DNA from: Gammaproteobacteria bacterium
GTDB lineage: Bacteria; Pseudomonadota; Gammaproteobacteria; Natronospirales; JAJUFS01
Length of the DNA stretch: 64,000 nt
Direction: 5' to 3'
Assembly (NCBI GenBank): GCA_036381715.1
Contig: DASVCH010000122.1
Location: 4-64,003, forward strand
Of this stretch, positions 15,998-26,713 are shown one piece after another. The position numbers and the translations under genes are program-made. A model generated the notes under the pieces. That model was given only the letters and a program-made list of their open reading frames with translations. It was not told where the DNA came from and ran no database searches. Position 1 is the stretch's first letter; each line of letters starts with the position of its first letter.

Positions 15998-17041
15998 TCA
16001 TTCACCTTCTTTCAGCGCGACCGCGCCGACGGGAAGCTGCATGGTAATGCAGTGCAGGCTGCCGAAACCGCGGATGACGGGACGGCAGTCGATCATCACG
16101 ATGTCGCGGTTCGGAAACGCTTCGGCAAGCACTTCACGCGCTTTTTCATCCGCAGGATCATCGTATGACGGCGCGAGCACCGCGCCGTTGATGACGAGGA
16201 AGTTCGCATACGTCGCCGGCAGCCGCTGGCCGGTCACGGGATCGTGCTGCGCGCGCGGCCAGGGCAGGGCGAGCAGGGTGTAGGGTTTTCCCGCCGGCGT
16301 CGTGAAGGTTTCGAGTTCCTCGCGCATGGCGGCGAGATCGCCGTAATGCGAATCGCCGCGGTCGTCGCAGGCCTGGTAGACGATCGTTTCCGGTGTCGCG
16401 AAACGTGCCAGCGTGTCGATGTGGCTGTCGGTGTCGTCGCCTTCGAGATGACCGTGATCCAGCCACAGCACGCGATCGGCGCCGAGCCATTCCTGCAAGG
16501 CGTTTTCGATCGCGGCTTCGTCGAGTTGCGGGTTGCGTTCCGGCGAGAGCAGGCAGCGCCGCGTCGTCAGCAAGCTGCCGAGACCGTCGGTTTCCAGCGC
16601 GCCGCCCTCCATGACGAGATCGACGTGCGTCATCGGCGCGACGAAGGCCTTCGCGTCTTCAAGGTGGCGATTGATCGCGTCGTCATCTTCGGCCGGCCAC
16701 TTGTTGCCCCAGCCGTTGAAAACGAAATCGAGCAGTTCGAGTCCGCCGTTGCCGCTTGTTTCCACCGCGACCGGGCCGTGATCGCGCGCCCAGGTGTCGT
16801 TCGACGGCGCAAAACGGAAATGCAGGCGGGCGACGTCACCGCCGGCAGCGGCGATCAATTCGCGGATGCGTTCCGCGTGCGCTTCATCCTGCGCGACGAC
16901 GAGCAGGTTTTCGCGCAGCGAAATTTCGCGCGCGATGGCGCCGTAGGTGCGCTCGACGTCATCCAGCCAGCCCGACCAGTCGGTGCCGGCATGCGGCCAG
17001 GTCAGCATCACGCCCCATTGTTCGGTCCACTCGGGCAGCAT
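15998..17041 (-). CDS. aguA: agmatine deiminase
   Basis: MLPEWTEQWGVMLTWPH, DTWARDHGP, HIDTLARF and GSLHCITMQ (catalytic Cys). ORF 15998..17089 trimmed to ATG 17041. Confidence 0.9.
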   Translation of the reverse strand: MLPEWTEQWGVMLTWPHAGTDWSGWLDDVERTYGAIAREISLRENLLVVAQDEAHAERIRELIAAAGGDVARLHFRFAPSNDTWARDHGPVAVETSGNGGLELLDFVFNGWGNKWPAEDDDAINRHLEDAKAFVAPMTHVDLVMEGGALETDGLGSLLTTRRCLLSPERNPQLDEAAIENALQEWLGADRVLWLDHGHLEGDDTDSHIDTLARFATPETIVYQACDDRGDSHYGDLAAMREELETFTTPAGKPYTLLALPWPRAQHDPVTGQRLPATYANFLVINGAVLAPSYDDPADEKAREVLAEAFPNRDIVMIDCRPVIRGFGSLHCITMQLPVGAVALKEGE

Positions 17042-17193
17042 GCGGCGGTTCACGGCGATGTTCCTCGGAAATCCGGAAAAGGGGCGCAATTCTGCGGCAA
17101 ATGCGCAGGATAGGAAAGCAAGGAAGGCGTGGAAACCGGGGTTTCACCCCGGCAAAAGGAATGCGGACCGGTTCAAGCCGGTCCGCGAGAGTT

Positions 17194-17514
17194 TCAGCCG
17201 GTGACGACGCTGTGAATCACCTTGTCGTATTCGAAAAAGACGGAGTAATTCTCGTAGTCCCAGCGGGTGATGGGCGGGTCGCCCACCGCGGCATGCCGGT
17301 TCAGCGGCTCGCCGTAGACACGGCGCACCTTGTCCATGTCCATGCCGCGCGTCGGCATGTCGATGTCGCGGGCGGGAGCGGGCGCCCCTGCATCGGCGGG
17401 CGGCACTTCCTCGAGGACGACAACGTCGCCACTCGTGTTTTCCTGGTATTTCGCGTCCGCCGCCGTTGCGGCGAACGGCAATGCGGCGAGGAGGATTGTC
17501 CAGGGCCTGGTCAT
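17194..17514 (-). CDS. small secreted protein of unknown function
   Basis: Signal peptide MTRPWTILLAALPFAATAADA. ORF 17194..17598 trimmed to ATG 17514. A hairpin GCGGACCGG-N5-CCGGTCCGC lies just downstream (17163-17186). Confidence 0.55.
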   Translation of the reverse strand: MTRPWTILLAALPFAATAADAKYQENTSGDVVVLEEVPPADAGAPAPARDIDMPTRGMDMDKVRRVYGEPLNRHAAVGDPPITRWDYENYSVFFEYDKVIHSVVTG

Positions 17515-17644
17515 TGTTTTTCTCCCGCAGTGCAAACCGAGGGGCAATATAGCATCAGGCTTCGGGCCGAAAAAGCGACGCCATCCGCAATGCGGCAAGC
17601 CGCCGCGGAGTGTGTTTTAATGCGCGCCCGGAACGGGAATTCTC

Positions 17645-18892
17645 ATGTTCAAGCCCTACGAACTCTACATCGGCCTCAGGTACCTGCGCGCCAAGCGGCG
17701 GAACCATTTCATTTCCGTCATTTCGCTGATTTCCATGCTCGGCATCGCGCTCGGCGTCACGGCCCTGATCACCGTGCTCTCCGTCATGAACGGTTTCGAG
17801 CTGGAGCTTCGCGACCGCATTCTCAGCATGACCTCGCACGCCACCGTGACCGGCGCCGGCGCCGAACTCACCGACTGGCGCGCCGTGGTCGAGCAGGCCG
17901 AACGGCATCCGGAAGTGCTCGGCGCCGCGCCGTATGTCGAGGCGGTCGGGATGCTGAGCAACGCGGGCCGCCTGTCGGGCGCGTCGGTGCGCGGCATTCT
18001 TCCGGAAGAGGAAGCGAAGGTCTCGCGAATCGGCGCCGCCATGGTGCGCGGCAGCCTGGACGATCTCGAAGACGGCGAATACAACATCGTGCTCGGCAGC
18101 CACCTCGCCTTGTCGCTCGGCGTGCAGGTCGGCGACAAGGTGGTGCTGCTGATTTCCGAGGGCAACGTCACGCCGGCGGGGATCGTGCCGCGCATGCGGC
18201 GCTTCACCGTCAGCGGCATCTTCGACGTGGGGATGTACGAATACGACAGCACGCTCGCGTTGATTCATCTTGACGATGCGCGGCGGCTTTTCAATCTCGA
18301 CGATGGCGTGACCGGCGTGCGCCTGCGGCTCGACGACATGTTCGAGGCGCGCCGCATCGTGAGCGAGCTGGTGAATCATCTCGACGGCATGTACTACCTC
18401 AGCGACTGGACGCGCCAGCACGAGAATTTCTTTCGCGCCATCGCAACGGAAAAGACCGTCATGTTCGTGATTCTCACGCTGATCGTCGCGGTCGCCGCGT
18501 TCAACATCATTTCGACCCTGGTCATGGTCGTGACGGACAAGCAGGCCGACATCGCGATCCTGCGCACGCTTGGCACGAAACCCCGTTCCGTCATGGCCAT
18601 GTTCATGGTGCAGGGCATGTTCATCGGCGTGCTCGGCACCGTGATCGGCGTCGTGCTCGGCGTGCTGCTGTCGCTGAACGTGGAGAACATCATTCCCGCG
18701 CTGGAAGGGCTGCTTCACGCCGACCTGCTGCCGGACGACGTGTATTACATCAGCGACCTGCCGTCCGAAATGAAACTCTCCGACGTGGTGGCCGTCGCCG
18801 TCACCGCTTTCTCCTTGTCCCTGCTCGCCGGCATCTATCCGGCGTGGCGCGCGGCGCGCGTGCAACCGGCGGAGGCGCTGCGTTATGAATGA
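17645..18892 (+). CDS. lipoprotein-releasing ABC transporter permease, LolC/LolE family
   Basis: [38 protein letters not shown], MacB-type periplasmic domain, C-terminal FtsX domain. Followed by lolD. Confidence 0.92.
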   Translation: MFKPYELYIGLRYLRAKRRNHFISVISLISMLGIALGVTALITVLSVMNGFELELRDRILSMTSHATVTGAGAELTDWRAVVEQAERHPEVLGAAPYVEAVGMLSNAGRLSGASVRGILPEEEAKVSRIGAAMVRGSLDDLEDGEYNIVLGSHLALSLGVQVGDKVVLLISEGNVTPAGIVPRMRRFTVSGIFDVGMYEYDSTLALIHLDDARRLFNLDDGVTGVRLRLDDMFEARRIVSELVNHLDGMYYLSDWTRQHENFFRAIATEKTVMFVILTLIVAVAAFNIISTLVMVVTDKQADIAILRTLGTKPRSVMAMFMVQGMFIGVLGTVIGVVLGVLLSLNVENIIPALEGLLHADLLPDDVYYISDLPSEMKLSDVVAVAVTAFSLSLLAGIYPAWRAARVQPAEALRYE

Positions 18893-19577
18893 GGCGGTTC
18901 TTTCATGCACCGGCCTGCGCTGCACCTACCATGACGCCGGCCAGGCTGTGGAAGTGCTCAAGGGCGTGAGCTTCGAACTGCACAAGGGCGAGTGCGCGGC
19001 GATTGTCGGCGCGTCCGGCAGCGGCAAGAGCACCCTGCTGCACATGCTCGGCGGCCTTGACCGGCCGACCGGCGGCGAGGTGACGGTTGCCGGCCGCAAC
19101 ATGACGACGCTGTCCGATGCGCGCCGCGGCGAACTGCGCAACGAAGCCGTCGGTTTCGTCTACCAGTTTCATCATTTGCTGCCGGAGTTCACGGCGCTGG
19201 AAAACGTCGCCATGCCGCTGCTGGTCCGGCGCGCGAACGTGCGAGAAGCGGCGTCGCGCGCGCGCGAACTGCTGCACGCGGTCGGGCTGGAACATCGCCT
19301 GGAACACAAGCCGGGACAGCTTTCCGGCGGCGAACGCCAGCGCGCTGCCGTGGCGCGCGCAATGATCACGCAGCCCGCCGTGATTCTCGCCGACGAGCCG
19401 ACCGGCAATCTCGATTCGAAGAACGGCGGGCAGGTGTTCGAACTGCTGCTGAAACTGAATCGCGAACACGGCACCGCGCTGCTGGTGGTCACGCACGACC
19501 ATGAGCTTGCGGCGCGCATGGACCGCACGTGGACACTGGAAGACGGGCGGCTTTCCCCGTCTTCCATCCAGGGATAG
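18885..19577 (+). CDS. lolD: lipoprotein-releasing system ATP-binding protein
   Basis: Walker [13 protein letters not shown], signature LSGGERQR, Walker [12 protein letters not shown]. 8-nt overlap with the permease gene. Confidence 0.92.
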   Translation: MNEAVLSCTGLRCTYHDAGQAVEVLKGVSFELHKGECAAIVGASGSGKSTLLHMLGGLDRPTGGEVTVAGRNMTTLSDARRGELRNEAVGFVYQFHHLLPEFTALENVAMPLLVRRANVREAASRARELLHAVGLEHRLEHKPGQLSGGERQRAAVARAMITQPAVILADEPTGNLDSKNGGQVFELLLKLNREHGTALLVVTHDHELAARMDRTWTLEDGRLSPSSIQG

Positions 19578-19819
19578 GCATCTCCTGGCTGCCCCCCCGG
19601 GCTTCCCTTCTGCTGTTTGTTCATTTCCATCGGGGGTTCGCCGTAGAAAAATACGGTGAATCCCTCAGCTTCCTGCGAATCGATTGCCATATTCAGCGTA
19701 TTTCGCCGCCGTGCATTTGACTTAACGATGCGGCTTGTACCGGGGGAAGCGCGGTCAATACCCCGCGCCCCCGGAATAGACGCTGCCTTGTCCATCGACT
19801 CATCTAGGGGCGAAACATC

Positions 19820-22612
19820 ATGAAGAACCATCGTAACCTTGGTATTCCCGCAATTTCCCCGCTATCGCTGGCCTGTCTTCTCTTCCTTGCGATGCCGGCG
19901 GTACACGCCGCCGAGGAGGAAGAGGAGGCGGCGGAACTGGAAGCCGTGAAGGTGACGGGAACGCGCATCACGCGCCAGGCCCTGGAAGGGGCGACGCCTG
20001 TTTCGGTCTATGACCGCGTCGAACTGGATATCAGCGGCGAGATTTCGGTTTCCGATTTTCTCCGCGAGACGACGTTCAACTCTTTCGGTTCGTTCCGCGA
20101 AACTTCGGGAAGCAGCGCGCAGTCGCAATCCACGCTGTCGCTGCGCGGCGTCGGCTCCGGCCGTACCCTGGTTCTGGTGAACGGCCGGCGCCTGCCGGGT
20201 TCTCCGGTGCTGGGCGGCGCGGTGCAGAACCTGAACACCATTCCGATGGCCGCGGTCGAGCGCATCGACATCCTGCGCGACGGCGCATCGGCGATTTACG
20301 GTTCGGACGCCGTCGGCGGCGTGGTCAACATCATCCTGCGCGACGATTACGAAGGGATGCAGGTCAACGTCTCGCACGGCGACCTGTCGACCAGCGATGC
20401 GGATGAAGTCGCCTACAACATTGTCGGCGGCATCACCTCGGATCGCGGCAACGTCACGTGGACGATCGATCACACCGCGCGCGGCCTGGTCTACAACCGC
20501 GAGACCGCGTTCGTGGACGAGGAGAAGGGCCTCGACACGCGCATCGGCATCAGCCCGTACGGCTACCCCGGTTCCTACGAGGTCTCGGGCGAAGTGCTGG
20601 TCAACCCGGTGACGGGCGAGACCTACGAGCCGGGCGAGGGCTTCACCGTTTTCTCGCCGATCGCGCCGGACCCGCGCTGCCCGGCGGAGCTTGGCGATCC
20701 GACGTACCCCGACTCGTCCGTGGTGGAACTGTTCACCGGCAATTTCGTCTGCTCGTACAACCATCCGTCGCTGTCCGCGTCGATGGCCTCCACCAAGCGC
20801 ACCAGCCTGTCGGTGATGACGAACTACGACATCAACGATGCCGTGGAATTCTTTGGCCGCTTCACGTATTCGCGGCATGAAAGTTTCGGCGTGTTCGCGC
20901 CGGCGCCGGCGTACTTCCCGGACATCATGGAGGCGGACAACCCGAACTACCCGGACTTCGCGCCCGACACCATCACCTGGTACGCGGACCCGGAGACCGG
21001 CGAGCCGACGAGCGCGACGACGGAAGGCGCCATCGAGCAGACGCTGACCGGCGACTTCCCGCTCAGTCTCTACCTGCGCACCGTGCCGCTCGGCACGCGC
21101 GACGGCGACGTGCGCGACTACCAGCTCGACGTCGTTGCCGGCGTTCGCGGTTTCGCGAACCTGCTCGGCGGCATGGACTGGGAGATCGGCGCGCAGCACA
21201 ACCGTTTCGAGATCGACGAATTCGGCAGCGGTTACGGCCTCAATTCGGTCCTCTACGAGGTGATCGGGGACGGTTCGCTGGATCCGTTCGGCGAACTGGA
21301 TCCCGAGGTGCTCGCAGCCGTGCTGCACACGACGGCGAAGAAGGCGCAGATGCTCTACAAGGGTTTCGACGGCCAGGCGTCGCTTGACCTGTTCAGCATG
21401 CCCTATGGCACGGTCGCGGCGGCCTTCGGCTTCGAGTATGCCGACGAAAGCTACTTCGAGGACTACGACGCGCAGAGTTCCGCCGGCAACGTGTTCGGCA
21501 GCGCCGGCAACGACACCGGCGGCGGCCGCACGCGCAGCGCCGTGTTCGCGGAGGTCCTGGTGCCGCTGCTGCCGACGCTGGAGGCCAACCTGGCCGTCCG
21601 CCGCGACGAGTACAGCGACTTCGGTTCGACCACCAACCCGAAACTGTCCTTCCGCTGGGCGCCGACGGACGCGTGGCTGTTCCGTGCCAGCTACGGCGAG
21701 AGCTTCATCGCGCCGGACCTGGGCACGCTGTATGCCGCCACCTCGTTCAGCGCGGAAAGCCTGATCGACCGCGTCGGTTGCGAGGCGGACGGCGGCACGG
21801 GTCCGCGCTGCGGTTCGCAGCAGTACGACACGTATTTCTACGGCGCAGCCACCGTCGGGGCGAACCTGCAGCCGGAAACGGCGGAGAACTTCACGCTGGG
21901 CGCGGTGTGGTCGCCGAGTTCGACCTTCAGCGCCGGACTCGACTACTACGACATCACGCTCGACAACGTGATCGTCCAGGATGCACAGGCCCTGCTGGAT
22001 GCGGAGTTCGAGGGACGGCCGCTGCCCACGGGCGCCGCCGTCGTTCGCCAGAACGGCCGCATCATTCGCATCGACGCGCCGCCGATCAACGGCAAGGGCT
22101 TCGAGACCAGCGGTATCGATCTCGATATCCAGAAGCGCTTCGAACTGGGCGGGTTGGGGATGCTGAGGACCAGCCTGCAGTGGAGCCACATCCTGAAATA
22201 CGACCAGCAACTCCTGGAAGGCGCGGGCGTGGAAGACCAGCTTGACCTGGCCGGCCAGCCGAGCGATCGCGGCGTGCTGTCGCTGACGTGGCTCATCGGC
22301 GCGTTCACGACGAGCCTGCAATACAACATCCTGCCGTCGACAACGGCGGGCGTGAGCGGCGACTGGGAGAATGCCGCGGCGGGCGATCCCAATGCGCAGG
22401 AGCGCATCGCCCGCGACGTCGATGCCTGGAACACGCTCGACCTGCAGATATCCTACGCGACGCCGTGGAACGGCAAGCTCAGCATCGGCGCCCGCAACGT
22501 CACGGCGGAGGATCCGCCGCTGGACGAGACCTTCGGCTACCCGTACTACGACAACGAGCTGTACAACCCGTTCGGCCGTGTGACATACGCCCGCTACACG
22601 CAGGACTTCTGA
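19820..22612 (+). CDS. TonB-dependent outer-membrane receptor (930 aa)
   Basis: Signal peptide, acidic linker, plug motifs VKVTGTRITR...RIDILRDGASAIYGSDAVGGVVNIIL, and a C-terminal beta-barrel ending in YTQDF. Confidence 0.92.
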   Translation: MKNHRNLGIPAISPLSLACLLFLAMPAVHAAEEEEEAAELEAVKVTGTRITRQALEGATPVSVYDRVELDISGEISVSDFLRETTFNSFGSFRETSGSSAQSQSTLSLRGVGSGRTLVLVNGRRLPGSPVLGGAVQNLNTIPMAAVERIDILRDGASAIYGSDAVGGVVNIILRDDYEGMQVNVSHGDLSTSDADEVAYNIVGGITSDRGNVTWTIDHTARGLVYNRETAFVDEEKGLDTRIGISPYGYPGSYEVSGEVLVNPVTGETYEPGEGFTVFSPIAPDPRCPAELGDPTYPDSSVVELFTGNFVCSYNHPSLSASMASTKRTSLSVMTNYDINDAVEFFGRFTYSRHESFGVFAPAPAYFPDIMEADNPNYPDFAPDTITWYADPETGEPTSATTEGAIEQTLTGDFPLSLYLRTVPLGTRDGDVRDYQLDVVAGVRGFANLLGGMDWEIGAQHNRFEIDEFGSGYGLNSVLYEVIGDGSLDPFGELDPEVLAAVLHTTAKKAQMLYKGFDGQASLDLFSMPYGTVAAAFGFEYADESYFEDYDAQSSAGNVFGSAGNDTGGGRTRSAVFAEVLVPLLPTLEANLAVRRDEYSDFGSTTNPKLSFRWAPTDAWLFRASYGESFIAPDLGTLYAATSFSAESLIDRVGCEADGGTGPRCGSQQYDTYFYGAATVGANLQPETAENFTLGAVWSPSSTFSAGLDYYDITLDNVIVQDAQALLDAEFEGRPLPTGAAVVRQNGRIIRIDAPPINGKGFETSGIDLDIQKRFELGGLGMLRTSLQWSHILKYDQQLLEGAGVEDQLDLAGQPSDRGVLSLTWLIGAFTTSLQYNILPSTTAGVSGDWENAAAGDPNAQERIARDVDAWNTLDLQISYATPWNGKLSIGARNVTAEDPPLDETFGYPYYDNELYNPFGRVTYARYTQDF

Positions 22613-22629
22613 TCACGTCGACGCGACAA

Positions 22630-22663
22630 GGGGCGGGCAGGCAACTGCTCGCCCCCTTTTTTG
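22630..22663 (+). terminator. rho-independent terminator after the TonB receptor
   Basis: GGGGCGGGCAG-GCAA-CTGCTCGCCCC followed by TTTTTTG. Confidence 0.8.
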
Positions 22664-22697
22664 TTCGCGCTTCCGTTCGGGGACGTCCCCCGCGCCG

Positions 22698-23234
22698 TCA
22701 CTTGTTCCTTCGAAAGGGATGCAGCGTGAAATGCGGCCGCGCCGTGTAGCGCCGCATCACGGAAAACATCCAGACGCGGTTGAGCACGACGTAGCCCAGC
22801 AAGGGAAGGACGATCACGAAGACAAGGGTGCCGAGCAGCATCGGCAGCCAGATATGCGCGAGACCCTCGAGCAGCCAGTCGAGGGTCGGCTCGAAGTGGA
22901 AATTGCCGGGGTCTTCGCCGAGCAGCAGGATGCCGATGGAATACTGGCCGTAAAGAATCGGCCCCATCGTGAACGGATTGCTGATCCAGGTGGTGGCCAT
23001 GGCGATCGGCAGGTTCACCCGCAGCCACAGCGCCATCAGGGTCGCGCCGGCCATCTGCACCGGCAGCGGGACGAACGCCCAGAACAGTCCGATGGCGAAC
23101 GCGACGGATGCCGTGCGCCGGTTCGGATGAAGCAATGCGGGATCGTGCAGCAGCGCCTTGAACGGACGCAGGTACCACCGCTCGCGCACCGACTGGTGGT
23201 CCGGCAGATAGCGTTTCAGAAATTTTCGCGGCAT
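22698..23234 (-). CDS. DUF2062 membrane protein
   Basis: MPRKFLKRYLPDHQSVRERWYLRPFKALLHDPALLHPNRRTASVAFAIGLFWAFVPLP is the typical DUF2062 N-terminus, followed by TM helices. Confidence 0.75.
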   Translation of the reverse strand: MPRKFLKRYLPDHQSVRERWYLRPFKALLHDPALLHPNRRTASVAFAIGLFWAFVPLPVQMAGATLMALWLRVNLPIAMATTWISNPFTMGPILYGQYSIGILLLGEDPGNFHFEPTLDWLLEGLAHIWLPMLLGTLVFVIVLPLLGYVVLNRVWMFSVMRRYTARPHFTLHPFRRNK

Positions 23235-23334
23235 GATCCCTTGGGCGCCGGGGCTGCTGGAAGGGCGCGAATTATACAGTAAGCGCCGTTCGAGTCATCG
23301 CGCAGGACGCGCGCGCCGTGCAGGGAGGCAAATC

Positions 23335-25614
23335 ATGCTCGCCTGGGGTCTCGCCCAGCTTACCGGCAGCCTGCTGCTGCTCTGGCAATCCGTCTTGCCG
23401 CATCCGGGGATTTTCGTGTTGAGCCTGCCCGTGGCGCTGGCCGCTGCCGCGCGGCGGCGATCGCGCTGGCTTGCGGCCTTCTGGCTCGGTGCGGTGCTCG
23501 CCGCATGGCAGGCGGACCGCAACCTGGATGAGCGGCTGGACCCGCGACTGGACGGCGAAATCGTCGAGCTGCGCGGCAGGATCGTCGGCCTGGTCGAGCG
23601 CGACGCGCGAAGGCAGCGATTCCGCTTTCAGGTCGAATCCGGCCGGTTCGACGGCGCGCCGGTCGAGCTGCCGCACGTGCTGCGGCTCAGCCTTTATCAC
23701 GACTCGTGGGGCGGGGAGCCCGGCGCAACGCCGGCCGTGGCCAGCGGCGAGCGCTGGCAATGGCGTGCGAAGCTGCGCCGCCCGCGCGGTTTCGCCAATC
23801 CCGGCGGCTTCGATTACGAACGCTGGCTGTTTGTGGAGGGCATCGGCGCGACGGGCTACGTTCGCAATCCCGCCAGGGCGAAAAAGCTTGGCGAAGGCGA
23901 GGGCGGGTGGCGCGCGGAGGTCGCAGACCGCGTTGCAGCGCTGGCGCGGGGCCCGGCCGCCGGCGTGGTGCGCGGTTTGGCGACCGGCGACCAGGCCGGG
24001 ATATCGAATGCGCAGTGGGACGTGCTGCGGCGGACCGGAACGGCGCACCTCGTGTCGATCTCCGGCCTGCACATCGCGCTGGTGACCGCGCTGGGTCTCG
24101 GCCTTGCCGCCTTCATCCGGCGGCGATGCTTTCCGGGTTCGGCGCTGTTCTGGCCCGCGCTTGCGGGCGGATTGCCGGCGCTGGCCTACGGCGCGCTGGC
24201 GGGCTTCGAGTTGCCGGTGATGCGCGCCCTGGCCGCGGCGCTCGTTCTGCTGGCCGCGCTGGCACTGCGCCGGCAGCTGGCGCCGGGCCACGCCTTCGGA
24301 ATCGTGCTGACGGCGGTGCTGTGTCTCGACCCGCTCGCGCCACTGGATGCCGGGTTCTGGCTGTCCTTTGTCGCGGTGGCCGCGATCGTGTTCCTGCTCG
24401 CGGGAAGGCGCCCGGCCGGTTCGCGGCTGCGGCGCGCACTGCATGTCCAGCTGGGCCTGTTCGTGCTGCTCGCGCCCCTGGTCCTGCTGATCTTCGGGCG
24501 GCTGCCACTGGTTTCGCCGCTCGCGAATCTCGTCGCCATTCCCGTCTTCGACATGCTGGCCGTGCCCTGCATCCTGCTGGCGCTGCTGTTCCTGCCGTGG
24601 CCGGCGCTGGCGGAACCGCTGCTCGCCGTGCCGGGCTGGCTGCTCGCAAAGCTGCTGGATTTCCTGGCCGCGCTTGCTGCCCTGGACCCGGGATTTTCAA
24701 CGGCGGTGTTGCCGCCGGCCGTTTCCGTGCTGGCCGTCGCAGGCCTGCTGCTGGCTTGCGCGCCGCGCGCCTGGCCCGGCCGCGGCCTCGCGCCCGTGCT
24801 GTTGCTGCCGGTGCTGGCGCTGAACCTGTTGCCGCCGCCGAGGCCGCTGGCGGTGCATTTCCTCGACGTCGGGCAGGGGCTCGCCGTCGTGGTCGAGACG
24901 GCGGCGCATACCCTGGTTTACGACACGGGTCCGGGGTTCGGTGCGAGCGACGCCGCGATGATGGCGGTCATTCCTTTCCTCGAGGTGCGCGGCCGCGAAC
25001 CCGATCTGCTGATGGTCAGCCACGATCACAGCGACCATGCCGGCGGTCTGGCGAGCCTGGTCGAGCGCTATCCGGATGCGCGGCGACTGGGGCGCGTCGC
25101 GAGCGCCGGAGTCGCCGATTGCGCCGAGCGCGAATGGCAATGGGACGGCGTCTCGTTCCGGGTGCTGCACCCGCCGCCGCGCGCGGGCGCGGAGGGCAAC
25201 GACGACTCCTGCGTGCTGCTTGTCGAACGCGGGGATTTTCGCCTGCTGCTGACCGGCGATATCGAAGCGGCGGCGGAAGCACGCCTCCTCGCGGCGCACG
25301 ACATCGCGGCGGACGTCGTGCTGGTGCCCCATCACGGCAGCCGCACGTCCTCGACACCGGCGTTCGTCGCGGCGACAAGGGCAAGGCTTGCGGTCGTCGG
25401 GGCAGGTCACGGCAACCGCTGGGACTTCCCGAAGCCGGACGTGGTGCGGCGTTGGGAAACGGCAGGCGCAACGGTGCTTGCAACCGGAGAGCAAGGCGCC
25501 ATTTCCGTCACCGTCGATGAAACGACGATGCGCGTGACGAGCTTCCGTGACCGGCGGCAGCTGTGGCGCGACGCCGCTGCGCAGCCCGGTGCGCTGGCGC
25601 TGCCGGTTCGTTGA
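23335..25614 (+). CDS. comEC: DNA internalization competence protein ComEC/Rec2
   Basis: Polytopic competence domain plus a C-terminal metallo-beta-lactamase fold (SHDHSDHAGG). ATG 23335 is preceded by GGGAGG. Confidence 0.88.
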   Translation: MLAWGLAQLTGSLLLLWQSVLPHPGIFVLSLPVALAAAARRRSRWLAAFWLGAVLAAWQADRNLDERLDPRLDGEIVELRGRIVGLVERDARRQRFRFQVESGRFDGAPVELPHVLRLSLYHDSWGGEPGATPAVASGERWQWRAKLRRPRGFANPGGFDYERWLFVEGIGATGYVRNPARAKKLGEGEGGWRAEVADRVAALARGPAAGVVRGLATGDQAGISNAQWDVLRRTGTAHLVSISGLHIALVTALGLGLAAFIRRRCFPGSALFWPALAGGLPALAYGALAGFELPVMRALAAALVLLAALALRRQLAPGHAFGIVLTAVLCLDPLAPLDAGFWLSFVAVAAIVFLLAGRRPAGSRLRRALHVQLGLFVLLAPLVLLIFGRLPLVSPLANLVAIPVFDMLAVPCILLALLFLPWPALAEPLLAVPGWLLAKLLDFLAALAALDPGFSTAVLPPAVSVLAVAGLLLACAPRAWPGRGLAPVLLLPVLALNLLPPPRPLAVHFLDVGQGLAVVVETAAHTLVYDTGPGFGASDAAMMAVIPFLEVRGREPDLLMVSHDHSDHAGGLASLVERYPDARRLGRVASAGVADCAEREWQWDGVSFRVLHPPPRAGAEGNDDSCVLLVERGDFRLLLTGDIEAAAEARLLAAHDIAADVVLVPHHGSRTSSTPAFVAATRARLAVVGAGHGNRWDFPKPDVVRRWETAGATVLATGEQGAISVTVDETTMRVTSFRDRRQLWRDAAAQPGALALPVR

Positions 25615-25688
25615 GAACCCTGAAATAAAGTATGATGCGCGGCATGTCGAACCTGTGCGGCGCGCTGCCGCATGCCTGAGGGAACTCA

Positions 25689-26297
25689 ATGCTGGAGATC
25701 GTGCGTTCGGGCGGCTGGCTGATGCTGCCCATCATTCTTTGCTCCATCATCGCCGCCGGCATCATCATCGAACGTCTCTGGTCGCTGCAGGACCGCAAGG
25801 TGGTGCCGGAACACCTGGTCGCCAAGGTGTGGCACCTGCTCAAGTCCGGCGGTCTCGGCGAGGACGAGGTGCGCAACCTGTACAACAGCTCGCCGCTCGG
25901 CCGCCTGCTCGCCACCGGCCTGATGTACCGCAACCGCTCGCGCGAACTCGTCAAGGAAATGGTCGAGGACACCGGCCGGCATGTCGCGCACGAACTCGAA
26001 CGCTATCTCAACACGCTCGGCACCATCGCCGCGATCTCGCCGCTGCTCGGCCTGCTCGGCACCGTGGTCGGCATGATCCAGGTGTTTGCCGTCATCACGT
26101 CGCAGGGCGTCGGCAATCCGGCGGCGATGGCGGGCGGCATTTCCACGGCGCTCATCACCACGGCGGCCGGACTCATCGTCGCGATTCCCGCGCTGGCCGG
26201 CTACCGTTACCTGCGCGGACGCGTGAACGAACACGTCGTGCGCATGGAACAGGAGGCCATCAAGCTCGTCGAGGCGCTGCACGGTGAGCGCGGATGA
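25689..26297 (+). CDS. exbB: MotA/TolQ/ExbB proton-channel protein
   Basis: Three TM helices and GLLGTVVGMIQVF...TTAAGLIVAIPA motifs. Followed by exbD. Confidence 0.85.
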   Translation: MLEIVRSGGWLMLPIILCSIIAAGIIIERLWSLQDRKVVPEHLVAKVWHLLKSGGLGEDEVRNLYNSSPLGRLLATGLMYRNRSRELVKEMVEDTGRHVAHELERYLNTLGTIAAISPLLGLLGTVVGMIQVFAVITSQGVGNPAAMAGGISTALITTAAGLIVAIPALAGYRYLRGRVNEHVVRMEQEAIKLVEALHGERG

Positions 26298-26713
26298 GAT
26301 TGCAGACGCGCCGGGATGAAGAGCCCGAGATCGGCCTTGTCTCGCTGATCGATGTGGTGCTGATGCTGGTGATCTTCTTCATGGTCACGACCAGCTTCGT
26401 GCACGAGGCCGAACTCAAGGTGCAGTTGCCCGAGGCGAGCGTGGAGACGCCGGCGTCGGAGGCCGCACCGCTGGAAATCGTCGTCGACCAGGACGGCGAC
26501 TATTTTCTCAACGGCCGCGCGCTGATCGCGAGCCGCGCGGACGTGCTGCGGCGCGCGCTGGAAAAGACCGCGGGCGCGCGGCGCGACGTGCCGCTCACCA
26601 TTCGCGCCGACGCGAACACCACGCACCAGTCCGTCGTCACCGTCATGGATGTGGCGGGCAGGATGGGTTTCGTGAACATCACCATCGTCACCGCGAACAA
26701 GGGCGGCGAGTAA
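26294..26713 (+). CDS. exbD: biopolymer transport protein ExbD/TolR
   Basis: Single TM helix (LIDVVLMLVIFFMV) plus a periplasmic domain. 4-nt overlap with exbB. Confidence 0.85.
   Translation: MRLQTRRDEEPEIGLVSLIDVVLMLVIFFMVTTSFVHEAELKVQLPEASVETPASEAAPLEIVVDQDGDYFLNGRALIASRADVLRRALEKTAGARRDVPLTIRADANTTHQSVVTVMDVAGRMGFVNITIVTANKGGE

Noticed and set aside
19578-19819. Possible cobalamin or other riboswitch upstream of the TonB-dependent receptor, suggested by GGTGAATCCC and GGGAAGCGCGGTCAATACC strings.
   Set aside because: There is no B12 box (GCCACTG). The order of the motifs does not match the consensus as I recall it. The receptor (930 aa) is not BtuB-sized. A covariance-model scan would settle it.
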